Positions 1 to 8,623 of a stretch of DNA of 64,000 nt are shown one piece after another. Each line of letters starts with the position of its first letter. Position 1 is the first letter of the stretch. This stretch comes from Candidatus Kerfeldbacteria bacterium. Lineage in GTDB: Bacteria > Patescibacteriota > Patescibacteriia > SBBC01. A model generated the notes under the pieces. It searched no databases. It was not told where the DNA came from and saw only the letters and a program-made list of their open reading frames with translations. The DNA lies in assembly GCA_016207275.1 (NCBI GenBank), contig JACQPY010000013.1, forward strand, positions 20,285-84,284, read 5' to 3'. Made by a program: the position numbers and the translations under genes.

Positions 1-305
1 TCGTCGAAAAAGACAAGGCGCCAAACGATACCAATCGAAATATTGAACCAACGCGCGAAGACGATACCGCCATCGACATAACCCCGTCTTTACCTTGGAC
101 GAATGGTGCGGCAGCTGGCAAGTATGATTTGCAATCGACCATCACGCATGAACTCGGCCACTGGTTGAGTCTGGATGATCTGGTTGGCGACGGTGAACGA
201 ATGCTGACGATGTACCACGAACCACTCGAGAACAGCATTGAGCACCGGAGCCTGGGCACCGGCGATGTCCGAGGAGCCCGGATTATTTACGACGGCGGGC
301 AATAG
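1..305 (+). CDS. 3' end of a matrixin-like zinc metallopeptidase; the gene continues upstream of the window
   Basis: Frame 3 is open from the window edge to TAG at 303-305. The translation ends ...DLQSTITHELGHWLSLDDLVGDG..., a HExxH zinc-binding helix close to the matrixin/M10 DLQSVAAHEFGH motif. The ORF track misses it because it has no in-window start. Confidence 0.45.
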   Translation, partial: VEKDKAPNDTNRNIEPTREDDTAIDITPSLPWTNGAAAGKYDLQSTITHELGHWLSLDDLVGDGERMLTMYHEPLENSIEHRSLGTGDVRGARIIYDGGQ

Positions 306-498
306 AGGATTCGTGACCTCGCCGGGCAGTGCATTTATAGTCAAGCCTCAAATCCAAACACCGGTCATGCCGGATTGAATACTCCCTGAGCTCGCTCCCA
401 AGCCACTTCAGGTTCTTGATCACCCTGCATTCGCCGGCTTTCTTTCCCGCGATGCTGCTCCGAGTGTAGCCTCTATCATCTAGGGTATACTGAGTGAT

Positions 499-1215
499 AT
501 GGACCTCCTCGGCCTCGCCCTCCTGACCCTCGTTGCCAGCGGCGTCGGCACCATGACCGGTTTCGGTACCTCGACCATCATGGTGCCGGTGGTGGCTTTG
601 TTCCTACCCTTTCCGGTTACGCTGGTGCTGGTCGGCATCGTCCACTGGTTCGGCAATGTCTGGAAAATGCTGCTGTTCCGCGGCGGGTTTTCCCGAAAGC
701 TCCTGCTCTGGTTTGGGCTGCCCGGAGTCATCACTAGTTTTCTCGGCGCCAGCCTGACCATTCGAACGGACGCTGATCTACTCCAACGCCTGCTCGGGTA
801 TTTGTTAATTGGTTACGTCCTGTTCCTGATGCTCAAACCAAAATTCAAACTCAGCCAAACGCCCGCGACGGCGATGACCGGCGGCGCGCTGTCTGGCCTC
901 ATGGCCGGAATTTTCGGGATCGGCGGCGCAGTTCGCAGTGCTGCCTTGTCTGCTTTCAACTTGCCGGCAGCCACCTACCTCTTCACGGCTGGCGCGATCG
1001 GTTTGGTGATTGATTCAAGTCGGTTGGTGACGTACCTCGGTGAGGGAGTGACACTGCCGGCACGTTTGCTGGCTGGGCTGCTTCTGTTTGTGCCGATTTC
1101 GTTCTTGGGCGCCAAAATCGGGGAGCGGCTGGTCAAACGCGTGCCGGCGGAGAAGTTCCGGTGGGTGGTAGCGGTGTTTCTGTTTATCGTTGGAGTTTGG
1201 CTCGCCGTCAAATAG
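499..1215 (+). CDS. TauE/SafE (DUF81) family anion exporter-like membrane protein
   Basis: 238 aa, multi-TM and glycine-rich (MTGFGTSTIMVPVVALFL...; second half GIFGIGGAVRSAALSAF), typical of the TauE/SafE duplicated 4-TM fold. A TATACT -10 box lies 8 nt upstream of the ATG. Confidence 0.65.
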   Translation: MDLLGLALLTLVASGVGTMTGFGTSTIMVPVVALFLPFPVTLVLVGIVHWFGNVWKMLLFRGGFSRKLLLWFGLPGVITSFLGASLTIRTDADLLQRLLGYLLIGYVLFLMLKPKFKLSQTPATAMTGGALSGLMAGIFGIGGAVRSAALSAFNLPAATYLFTAGAIGLVIDSSRLVTYLGEGVTLPARLLAGLLLFVPISFLGAKIGERLVKRVPAEKFRWVVAVFLFIVGVWLAVK

Positions 1216-1237
1216 ATCGTCGGCACGCAGGTACTTC

Positions 1238-1483
1238 CTGTTTATCCTTACATGCGCCGACGGCACGCTGTATACCGGGATCACGGTTGATCTCAAACGA
1301 CGAGTTGCCGAACACAACGCCTCGCGCCTGGGCGCGAAATACATATAGGGCGCCGGCCGGTACAATTGGTGTATAGCAAGAAATTCCCTTCTCGTTCCAC
1401 GGCCTTAAAAGGGGAGGCCCGGATCAAAGCCCTTTCGAAGACGGAAAAGCTACGGCTGGTCGTTAGAGTTTAGGGCTATCGTT
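1238..1483 (+). pseudogene. GIY-YIG nuclease family gene (UPF0213-like), disrupted by a stop/frameshift and lacking a start codon
   Basis: One frame reads LFILTCADGTLYTGITVDLKRRVAEHNASRLGAKYI*. The -1 frame continues (H)IGRRPVQLVYSKKFPSRSTALKGEARIKALSKTEKLRLV, which together match the GIY-YIG consensus YILRC.DGSLYTGIT.DL.RRL.EHN.G.GAKYTRGRRPVKLVY...R.EA..RE..IK.L. No in-frame ATG/GTG. Confidence 0.6.
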
Positions 1484-1543
1484 CATTGGGGCAGTTTTCT
1501 CCTACTGTGAAGCTAATAGCCAACTTGACTAGTTTTTAATAAT

Positions 1544-1582
1544 GGTGTATAGTTTTGTATAGATTTCATGGTTAATGTATAG
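1544..1582 (+). promoter_or_regulatory. Three direct TGTATAG repeats overlapping the start of the HTH-GHKL gene; a fourth GGTGTATAG at 1368-1376
   Basis: GGTGTATAG 1544-1552, TGTATAG 1556-1562 and TGTATAG 1576-1582, in an AT-rich region, with a TAGATT-like -10 about 9 nt before the ATG at 1575. Candidate operator or iteron. Confidence 0.3.
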
Positions 1583-2342
1583 CTTTAATAGAAATTCTTT
1601 GCAGAAAAGTCCAAATAATAACATGATACCGATAAGTAAAGCAGCCAAACTGCTCGGTGTTTCTATACAAACCCTGCGCCGTTGGGACAAGGCCGGCACG
1701 CTTCGACCGGCCTATGTTTCCCCCGGGGGGCACCGCTACTACGCCGCAAGTGCCCTTGAGCAGTACACGCGGAATTTATGGGTGCAAGCGCATGCCTGGG
1801 CGGCCAGCACATCCCCGCTGCCGCTGACGCCGGACCTCTATTGCCAGACCAGCTCCATATTTCAGGCTCGGTTGTCATCGTTCGAAACAGGGCTGCAGCG
1901 GATTCCCGATTTGAAAGCCGGCGAACGTTTTTCACTGGTCGTGTCCATGGTCGGCGAAATCGGCGATAATGCCTATGCCCACAATCTCGGCAACTGGCCG
2001 GACATCCCCGGTGTCTTCTTCGCCGCCGATCTCAATCGTCGTCAGGTGGTCGTAGCGGATCGCGGACTCGGCGTGTTAATAACGCTGCGGCGGGTCAAAC
2101 CGGAACTGCGTGATGACGCTGAAGCATTGCGGGTGGCGTTTACCGAAACCATTTCCGCGCGGGCGCCGGAACGGCGGGGAAACGGACTCAAGTACGTCCG
2201 TCGGCTCATCGCCACCGGCAGTTTTCACCTGCGGTTCCAGTCTGGTCAGGACGAACTATTCCTGCACGCCGGCAGCGACGCGCTCGATATCCATCCGGCC
2301 GGCACGCCAATCCGCGGCACGATCGCGTTCTTAACATTTTAA
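1575..2342 (+). CDS. MerR/excisionase-type HTH DNA-binding domain fused to a GHKL (HATPase_c) ATPase / Ser-kinase-like domain
   Basis: N-terminus ISKAAKLLGVSIQTLRRWDKAGTLRP...GGHRYY is a MerR-type HTH. The C-terminus carries the HATPase_c boxes: N-box GEIGDNAYAH, G1 DRGLGV, G2 RRGNGLKYV. The start could instead be the ATG at 1623. Confidence 0.6.
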   Translation: MYSFNRNSLQKSPNNNMIPISKAAKLLGVSIQTLRRWDKAGTLRPAYVSPGGHRYYAASALEQYTRNLWVQAHAWAASTSPLPLTPDLYCQTSSIFQARLSSFETGLQRIPDLKAGERFSLVVSMVGEIGDNAYAHNLGNWPDIPGVFFAADLNRRQVVVADRGLGVLITLRRVKPELRDDAEALRVAFTETISARAPERRGNGLKYVRRLIATGSFHLRFQSGQDELFLHAGSDALDIHPAGTPIRGTIAFLTF

Positions 2343-2642
2343 TTGCTTATGATTATACGATTGGTGCAATTCGGGAATTTGCTCACGTCGCGGCAACTCG
2401 GACGCGAAGCATTCGCCGCCTTCCGTGCGACGCTTGAGCGCGAGCGCAGGGCCGAGCCGATCGTGGTCGATTTCGAAGGCGTCACCACCTTTTCTCCTTC
2501 CTGGGGAGACGAATTTTTAGGCGCGCTGCTTGATGTTGTGGACGGCCCGTTGATCGTCAGGCAGGCGACAAATCCATCGGTCCAAGCGACCCTGGAACTG
2601 CTGGAAAAAATCTATGGACCGCGGTTTAGGCGGGAGCCATAA
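2343..2642 (+). CDS. STAS-like small protein (DUF4325-type), partner of the upstream GHKL ATPase
   Basis: 99 aa starting MIIRLVQFGNLLTSRQLGREAFAAF...PIVVDFEGV, resembling the DUF4325/STAS-like family that usually sits next to GHKL kinases. Its start codon immediately follows the upstream stop. Confidence 0.5.
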   Translation: MLMIIRLVQFGNLLTSRQLGREAFAAFRATLERERRAEPIVVDFEGVTTFSPSWGDEFLGALLDVVDGPLIVRQATNPSVQATLELLEKIYGPRFRREP

Positions 2643-2920
2643 TGGATGCTGCCGGCGCGCTAGATCTCAAAGTGAAAGTAGCTGCTTAAACCCTCAATAA
2701 CTACTATTGGTTGTTGAGGGGCATGCTGATGGGACGCTTGCAGCACCAGACTAGGAAGGGCTTGGCGCTGGGGATCCCACGACGAGCTGGTTGGCGGAAG
2801 TATCCGACGCTAAAATTGACCGAGACACGGTTGTCTATGTTTAGGGCGGCGAGTTGTAATTTAAAAATCGAGAGGTATAGACTGGAAACACCAGCCCACG
2901 ACACATTTTCACAGAAACTA

Positions 2921-3142
2921 ATGCCCAAGTCTTCCATTTCTTCCAGGTTAAATAATGCCGATCTTCGGCGTCGTAAAACACATCGTCGTACGGACGAGCA
3001 GGCATTTTTTGACGACTGTCCGATATGTCGGGCCAGGCGCGACGGCCGAGCCGATACTTACGAAGACCTGATCGCGGCGTTCAGGGAAGCGAAGCGTCTT
3101 TATCCGGACAGGACGTTTACTGGCGAAGATGAAACGTCGTAG
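2921..3142 (+). CDS. Small CxxC protein (hypothetical); the long ORF 2711..3142 has a low-complexity N-terminus, so an internal ATG start is assumed
   Basis: The C-terminal part ...EQAFFDDCPICRARRDGRADTYEDLIAAFREAKRLYPDRTF looks protein-like. The region is AT-rich. Confidence 0.3.
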   Translation: MPKSSISSRLNNADLRRRKTHRRTDEQAFFDDCPICRARRDGRADTYEDLIAAFREAKRLYPDRTFTGEDETS

Positions 3143-3160
3143 TTTGCGCATTCACTATCT

Positions 3161-3697
3161 ATGACGATCGCGGACAACCTCTATTACGATGCCATGGAAT
3201 GCCTTGCGAACGGCCGCCGGGCAAAGGCCAGACAACTACTGCTTAGGGCTGTCGGGCAGGAACCAGATTACATGCAAACATACGTCGGCCTGACCGCTGT
3301 CTATGAGGAAGAGGGGAAGAAGAAAAAGGCGAGGGAATGCATTAATCTGGCCTTCCAGCTGACGCGGAAGAAGTTTCAGCGGTGGCCGAAGGAAATGCAC
3401 TGGGGGTACATCGAAAACCGCCAGTTTTTACGAGCTATCGCCAATAAAGCCACGGCCCACCATGAAGACGGCGAGCATGAAGCGGCCGAGAAACTCTACC
3501 GACTTATCCTTAAACTCAACCCTAACGACAATCAGGGCATCCGCTACTTGTTGGCCGGCCTGTACGCCGGAATAGGCCCGAATGATGTTAATGAGTATAT
3601 GGAAGAAGGGAATCGAACTCAAAACTGGAGCAAAATTGAAAAGCTGCTGACGACGCAAAACGCCAAACGACATTTTTGGAAAGAACCGTCCGGATAA
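3161..3697 (+). CDS. TPR-repeat protein
   Basis: 178 aa with helical TPR-like repeats (AKARQLLLRAVGQEPDYMQTYVGLTAVYEEEGKKKKAREC...EAAEKLYRLILKLNPNDNQGIRYLLAGLYAG). Confidence 0.55.
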   Translation: MTIADNLYYDAMECLANGRRAKARQLLLRAVGQEPDYMQTYVGLTAVYEEEGKKKKARECINLAFQLTRKKFQRWPKEMHWGYIENRQFLRAIANKATAHHEDGEHEAAEKLYRLILKLNPNDNQGIRYLLAGLYAGIGPNDVNEYMEEGNRTQNWSKIEKLLTTQNAKRHFWKEPSG

Positions 3698-3936
3698 GTG
3701 AAGCTCCGCCGATCGCCGCCAATGGTCACCGCCTTTGGCGGGATCCCGCCCGAGGCGGTGACGGGACCCCGCATCCGCCCCGACCTTCCCCCTATACGCG
3801 GGGACCGGACGCTCGATACTGAGCTTAACCAGCGACGTCTGGTAGCTGCAGGTCGGACACTCGAAGTACAGCCACTGCTTGTCCGTGAAGCCGTCGACTT
3901 TCCATCCGTCGTTGTGCGGCCCCCAGGTCAGGGAGC

Positions 3937-5175
3937 TTGTTCGAGACCGCTGACGGCTTGCCGTACATTGCCGAGCATCCGCGCTATCCTCAAAAGCTGT
4001 ACGTGGCCACCGGCTTCAACGGCAACGGTATGGTCATGAGAGCGCTGGCGGGGATGATCCTGGCTGACCTGGCCACTGGCCGGGTTATTGTTCACGCCAA
4101 GCTTTTCGATTTTTCCCGAACTAGTGCTACGATGGGGACGATGGAAACCTCCGCACTGGTCAGCGCACCAGCTCAACCAACACCGGCAGCACGCCGTAGT
4201 GGGTGGCGGTGGATTGCCACGCTCGTCTACGTGTTCGTGCTGGTCCTGCCCGGCTACGTCTTTTTCAATCAGCGCGGCGGTTTTTCCTTCCTGGCCGGGC
4301 TTGATTTTAAAACATTTAACCTCGTCATCTTTCCGCTGGTCGGACTGTACGCCTTTACGCTGCTGTGGTCGCAGTTCGTCATCGGGGCGGCGCGTTCAGT
4401 GCTGCGCAGCGTTGTGCATCCGGCGATCATCACCTTCCATCGCCGGCAGGGCGTCCTGATTTTTCTGCTGGCCTGGCTGCATCCGACGCTGCGGTTTTTT
4501 GGCATCGGTCTGGATCAGTACTTCAAGAGTTGGAACGTCGCGCCGAGTCTCGTTCCCTATCTGTGGCTTGGCTATCTGCAATTGTTTTTACTAACGCTCA
4601 CGGCGGGCACGGCGTTGCTGCGCAAGCTGCCGTGGCTGAAAACCCGCTGGCACACCATTCATTACGTGAACTACGGGGTCTTCGTTATGGTGTGGATCCA
4701 CTCGTGGTTTTTAGGATCCGACGTGCGCTCGACCAACCTCCGCTACCTGTGGTGGTTTTTTGCAGTCACGGCGCTGGCAGCCACGGCCGTCAGGATTCGC
4801 CAGATCATACTGAAACGGAAATCCCAGGGCACCGCTGGGGAACGCGCGAGTTCAAGTCCTGAACCGGGAGGAGGGTTCGTGCCGATCGCCACCGTTGATC
4901 AATTCAACGACCGGACAATGATCTGCGCGACCGTGAACGGAAAGCCGCTGGCGCTATTCAAGGTGGGGGAGCAGTACTTCTGCTTGGACAACACCTGCTC
5001 GCACGCTGGCGGACCGTTGTGCGAAGGCCTGCTCGAGGGCACGGTCATCGAGTGTCCACTGCACGCGTCACGCTTTGACGTTACCACCGGTGCGGTCGTG
5101 GCCGGGCCGGCCCACGAACCGCAGCGGACGTACCCAATTCGGCTGAACGGCTCGCGCATCGAGGTGGCGATGTGA
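3937..5175 (+). CDS. Membrane b-type-heme (ferric-reductase-like) domain fused to a C-terminal Rieske [2Fe-2S] domain. The true start is probably the ATG near 4123; the first ~60 codons look like a relic of an FAD-dependent oxidoreductase C-terminus
   Basis: C-terminus has CSHAGGPLCEG...ECPLHASRF, a CxH...CxxH Rieske motif. The middle has 6 TM helices with conserved His (HPAIITFHRRQGVLIFLLAWLHP). The N-terminal TADGLPYIAEHPRYPQKLYVATGFNGNGMVMRALAGMILADLATGR matches the C-terminal consensus of DAO-family FAD oxidoreductases. Confidence 0.55.
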   Translation: MFETADGLPYIAEHPRYPQKLYVATGFNGNGMVMRALAGMILADLATGRVIVHAKLFDFSRTSATMGTMETSALVSAPAQPTPAARRSGWRWIATLVYVFVLVLPGYVFFNQRGGFSFLAGLDFKTFNLVIFPLVGLYAFTLLWSQFVIGAARSVLRSVVHPAIITFHRRQGVLIFLLAWLHPTLRFFGIGLDQYFKSWNVAPSLVPYLWLGYLQLFLLTLTAGTALLRKLPWLKTRWHTIHYVNYGVFVMVWIHSWFLGSDVRSTNLRYLWWFFAVTALAATAVRIRQIILKRKSQGTAGERASSSPEPGGGFVPIATVDQFNDRTMICATVNGKPLALFKVGEQYFCLDNTCSHAGGPLCEGLLEGTVIECPLHASRFDVTTGAVVAGPAHEPQRTYPIRLNGSRIEVAM

Positions 5176-5690
5176 CTGCCCGACTACGCCTGACCTCTAT
5201 CGGCGTCTTCGTCCTCGGCGTGGCGGTGGCGGTGCTGTTGGTCCGCTTACCGGTCGGTCATAGTCTGGTCAATCGCCTGGACAACTGGGGCTACCTGACC
5301 GCCCTGGTCGGCGGCTTGCTCTATACGACCAGTTTCACCTCGGCCACCGGCACCGTTGTTTTGGCGCACGTCGGGGAGAGCCTCAACCCGGTTTTAGCGG
5401 CGGTTATTGGCGGACTCGGTTCGTTGCTCTATGATCTGACCATTTTCACCGTGTTCGCACGCCAGTTTGAACGCCGGCCGGCGCTACACCGGCTGGTCGA
5501 TTTTTTCCAGCGTCATCGCCGGCTGCGCTGGACCGCTGGCTTAAGCGGCGCACTGATCATTGCCTCGCCGCTGCCGGACGAATTGGGAATTGCTTTGCTC
5601 GACGGCGCCGGCACGAAAGAACGCTACTTTATTCCCTTGTCATTCGGGTTCAACGTTCTGGGTATTTTAGCGATCGTCGGTCTGTTCTAG
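5172..5690 (+). CDS. Small hydrophobic membrane protein (hypothetical), overlapping the previous gene by ATGTGA
   Basis: 172 aa with about 4 TM segments; no family recognised. Confidence 0.45.
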   Translation: MTARLRLTSIGVFVLGVAVAVLLVRLPVGHSLVNRLDNWGYLTALVGGLLYTTSFTSATGTVVLAHVGESLNPVLAAVIGGLGSLLYDLTIFTVFARQFERRPALHRLVDFFQRHRRLRWTAGLSGALIIASPLPDELGIALLDGAGTKERYFIPLSFGFNVLGILAIVGLF

Positions 5691-5691
5691 T

Positions 5692-6699
5692 CTAGACGTT
5701 GACCACGTTGATCGGCTGGCCGGCTTGGAAGGCCTTGATGTTGGCAATGGTGGTGGTGAGAATGCGTTCCAGCGCTTCCTGCGAGTTGAAGGCATTGTGC
5801 GGCGTGATGATGACGTTCGGCTGTTCCAGCAAAATGTGATTGGCCAGCACGGTTTCCAGGTCGCACTGTTGCTTAAAAGCGTCAGTCAGCAGTTCGCGTT
5901 CTTCCGTGATCTCGCACTCTTCTTCGAGCACGTCTAGTCCGGCCGCGGCGACCGTCCCGTTTTTCAACGCTCGAACCAGTGCTTTGGTGTCAATTAAACC
6001 GCCACGCGCCGTGTTGATGATGACTACCCCACGCTTCATCTTCTTGAACGCCGCGTCGTTCAGCAGGTGCTTGGTTGATGGTAAAAATGGAACGTGCAAA
6101 GAGATAATGTCTGACTGCGGCAAAAGGTCATTGAACGAAACGTAGCTAAAGCCGAGTTTCTTGGCGAGTTCAAGGTTCGGCTTCGGATCAAAGGCCAGCA
6201 CGTGCATGCCAAAAGCGACGGCGTATTGTGCGACGTGCGAGCCAATATGGCCGCTGCCGATGAGGCCGATAGTTTTGCCTTTGAGGTCGAAGCCGCGCAA
6301 ATCATCGAGTCGGAAGTCGCCTCGCCTGGTACGCTCAATTGAGGGGATGAGTTTGCGTGACAGCGCCAGCACCAAGGCCACGGTGTGCTCGGCCACGGTG
6401 TTCTCGCCGTAGGTCGGCACGTTCGATACGAGGACGCCGCGTTTCGCACAGGCCTGGAGATCAATGTGGTCGTAGCCGGTCGAACGGGTGGTAACGAACT
6501 TCAGATTCGGTATTCGCTCCAACACCGCTTCGGTTATAGCCGAATGGATGAAAGCGACCAAGATGGAGACGTTCTTCAGCCGGTCCGCCGGAATTTTATC
6601 AATCGTGGCAGCCGAGAACCCGATTGAACCGTCAAACCGTCCTTTCAGGAACTCCTGTTCCCAGGGTTCGCGCTCTAAGAATAGAATTGGCTGGTTCAT
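5692..6699 (-). CDS. D-isomer-specific 2-hydroxyacid dehydrogenase (D-lactate/glycerate dehydrogenase family)
   Basis: NAD-binding GLIGSGHIGSHVAQYA, catalytic region ...ARGGLIDTKALVRAL...TPHNAF. The ORF-track N-terminal extension is rejected and the start is set at MNQPILF (ATG at 6697-6699). Confidence 0.8.
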   Translation of the reverse strand: MNQPILFLEREPWEQEFLKGRFDGSIGFSAATIDKIPADRLKNVSILVAFIHSAITEAVLERIPNLKFVTTRSTGYDHIDLQACAKRGVLVSNVPTYGENTVAEHTVALVLALSRKLIPSIERTRRGDFRLDDLRGFDLKGKTIGLIGSGHIGSHVAQYAVAFGMHVLAFDPKPNLELAKKLGFSYVSFNDLLPQSDIISLHVPFLPSTKHLLNDAAFKKMKRGVVIINTARGGLIDTKALVRALKNGTVAAAGLDVLEEECEITEERELLTDAFKQQCDLETVLANHILLEQPNVIITPHNAFNSQEALERILTTTIANIKAFQAGQPINVVNV

Positions 6700-6750
6700 G
6701 GTTTCAGTATACCGAAAAAAAGTCAATATTGAAATACGAACTGACAAAAC

Positions 6751-6779
6751 TTGATTTATCGGCAGCACAGTGCTACAAT
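6751..6779 (+). promoter_or_regulatory. Sigma70-type promoter: TTGATT, 17 bp spacer, TACAAT
   Basis: Consensus-like -35 and -10 with a 17-bp spacer just upstream of the asparaginase-like gene. The -10 ends 3 nt before the ATG at 6782, so the real start codon may be downstream. Confidence 0.5.
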
Positions 6780-6781
6780 GA

Positions 6782-7816
6782 ATGCGCCGTCGCAATTTAT
6801 TAAAGACGGCTCGATTTTCAAAGGAAGTGGCTAAACTACCAAGAAAACGCGTGGCCTTGCTGTTCAGCGGCGGGACAATGTTGTCCGAAAAGCCGCGGCC
6901 CTGGGAAATCGTCAAGAAGCCCGAGCACATGCGTCGCTGGCTCGACAACATGAGCGAAATCAACGTCATCGCCGATGTCGAGCCGGTTTTTATCACCGGC
7001 AAGGGAACCTTGGAGATCGGGCCGGACGAGTGGCTGGCCATGGCTGAAGCAGTGCGCCGGCTGCACCAGTCAGTGGATGGATTCGTGGTGTTGCACGGCG
7101 TGGAAACTCTGCACTACACGGCCAATGCCTTGAGTTTGATGCTGCGCAATCTGCCGTTCCCGGCGGTGGTGTCCGGTTCGCCCTTGCGGATGCCTGGTTT
7201 GGGCGTGCGGCAGGTGGAGTTTGCCGCCCGCGCCAACATTATCAACGCGGTTCAGGTAGCGGCCGCTGACGTGGCCGGGGTATGCGTGGTTTTCGGCAAT
7301 CGGATCATGCCCGCTGCCCAAGTCCAACCGGTCATGGCTGAAGGCGCATTTCAGCTAGTAACCGCCGAGACGGCGCTCCTCGGCCGGGTGGATTTCGGCA
7401 CCAAGCTGTTCGAGAACCGAACCAAGCGATCAAACCGCAAGCCGCGCTGGTCCATCCACCTTGACCAGCATGTGTTCGTGACCACCATCACGCCGGCGGT
7501 GTCGGCCAGCTCTTTCCGCCTGGCTATCCGCGGTGATTTCCACGCCATCCTGGCCCGTCTCCATGAATTGGTGTCCTTGCCGGATTATGTCGAACGCGAA
7601 TTCCGGCGGGCCTTAAAGCACGGCATTCCGGTGGTTCTCTCATCTCGCCATCCGCTGCCGGGCATGGTGGAGTTCATTTCGCTCCTTGGCGTCAGCCCGA
7701 GTATGGCTGTCGTCAAGACCATGTGGGCGCTCGGCGCCACGCGTGAGGCGGGGAAGCTTCGCAAACTGCTTGAGCAGAACGTTGCCGGCGAATTCATCCA
7801 GGGAGGTGCCGCATGA
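6782..7816 (+). CDS. L-asparaginase family protein (type I-like)
   Basis: RVALLFSGGTM resembles the asparaginase TGGTIAG motif, and VVLHGVETLHYTANALSLML resembles HGTDT. Start is uncertain (GTG 6846 possible). Confidence 0.55.
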   Translation: MRRRNLLKTARFSKEVAKLPRKRVALLFSGGTMLSEKPRPWEIVKKPEHMRRWLDNMSEINVIADVEPVFITGKGTLEIGPDEWLAMAEAVRRLHQSVDGFVVLHGVETLHYTANALSLMLRNLPFPAVVSGSPLRMPGLGVRQVEFAARANIINAVQVAAADVAGVCVVFGNRIMPAAQVQPVMAEGAFQLVTAETALLGRVDFGTKLFENRTKRSNRKPRWSIHLDQHVFVTTITPAVSASSFRLAIRGDFHAILARLHELVSLPDYVEREFRRALKHGIPVVLSSRHPLPGMVEFISLLGVSPSMAVVKTMWALGATREAGKLRKLLEQNVAGEFIQGGAA

Positions 7817-8421
7817 TACGGGCATACTTCTACGGTCCGCCGACGACCAAGCGTGATCTGAATGACGTCTACGAAGTAATCAAGGACGTCTGTCAGCGCG
7901 CCGATGTCGCGCTCTCGACCAATACCGAAGCGGAAGAAATTAACTTACCGTCCGAAACCATTGCCGAGCATCGGGCCACCGGCGTGCCGCTGCTCGACGC
8001 GATGCAGGCCATTTTGGTGGAAGGTTCAACGCCTGATCCGCAGGCCGGCTATTTACTGGCCTATGCCTTGGCCGAGAAACGACCGCTGCTGTATCTCTAC
8101 AGCCGCGGCGAGGTGGCGCCGGACGTGCTGCGCTACCTGAATCTGAAGGATATTCCCAAGCACATCGTCATTGCCACCTATACCAAAGACCGGGTAGAGA
8201 AGCTGGTCGAGGATTTCCTGCGTCGGCTCGGCGACATCAAGGTCCGCGAAGTGGCGCGGATAAAGTTTACGCTTCGGTTGACGAAAAGCCTGGACGACTT
8301 CCTTGATTTCAAAACGCGGAACACCAAGCTGTCGAAAGCTGACTTCCTCCGCGAGGACATGGACAAGCGGATGAAGGCGGATGAGGAGTTTCAGCAGCAC
8401 TTGCGGAAAAGGAAGGGATAG
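7813..8421 (+). CDS. Hypothetical protein (possibly a nucleoside 2-deoxyribosyltransferase-like fold)
   Basis: 202 aa, starting MIRAYFYGPP, with a charged helical C-terminus; start overlaps the upstream stop. Confidence 0.4.
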   Translation: MIRAYFYGPPTTKRDLNDVYEVIKDVCQRADVALSTNTEAEEINLPSETIAEHRATGVPLLDAMQAILVEGSTPDPQAGYLLAYALAEKRPLLYLYSRGEVAPDVLRYLNLKDIPKHIVIATYTKDRVEKLVEDFLRRLGDIKVREVARIKFTLRLTKSLDDFLDFKTRNTKLSKADFLREDMDKRMKADEEFQQHLRKRKG

Positions 8422-8433
8422 GGGGAGGGCAGG

Positions 8434-8488
8434 TTTTAGGTGTTAGGTTGTTAGGAGGTTAGGGGGTTAGCTTCATTAGCTAGGTAGC
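8434..8488. repeat. Telomere-like TTAGG/GGTTAG degenerate tandem repeats
   Basis: ttttagg tgttagg ttgttagg aggttaggggg ttagc ... cattagctaggtagc, about 6 units. Confidence 0.5.
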
Positions 8489-8518
8489 GCGAACCATAGC
8501 GCGCACTCCAGCTGCGTG

Positions 8519-8617
8519 AGCTCCCCTCCCCTTGGAAAAGGGGAGGAGTATGACCCCTTGCCGTCGTTCGGCTTCGCCTCACTTCCTCCCCTCCCCTTGG
8601 AAAAGGGGAGGAGTATA
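8519..8617. repeat. Two copies of a 31-33 bp perfect-palindrome hairpin (CTCCCCTCCCC TTGGAAAA GGGGAGGAG TAT), separated by 33 bp
   Basis: Copies at 8519-8551 and 8585-8617. Same family as the hairpins at 18563-18630, 18780-18804 and 27524-27562. Confidence 0.6.
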
Positions 8618-8623
8618 AAAAGA

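Noticed and set aside
3698-4039. 113-aa ORF between the TPR gene and the Rieske gene
   Set aside because: It is Pro/Arg-rich with no motifs and lies in a region that looks like decayed oxidoreductase sequence. It is not called.
8519-8617. Possible 2-repeat mini-CRISPR (31-33 bp palindromic repeats, 33-bp spacer)
   Set aside because: There are only two repeats and no cas genes in 64 kb. The same palindrome occurs singly at 18563-18630, 18780-18804 and 27524-27562, so it behaves as a dispersed REP-like hairpin, not a CRISPR array.
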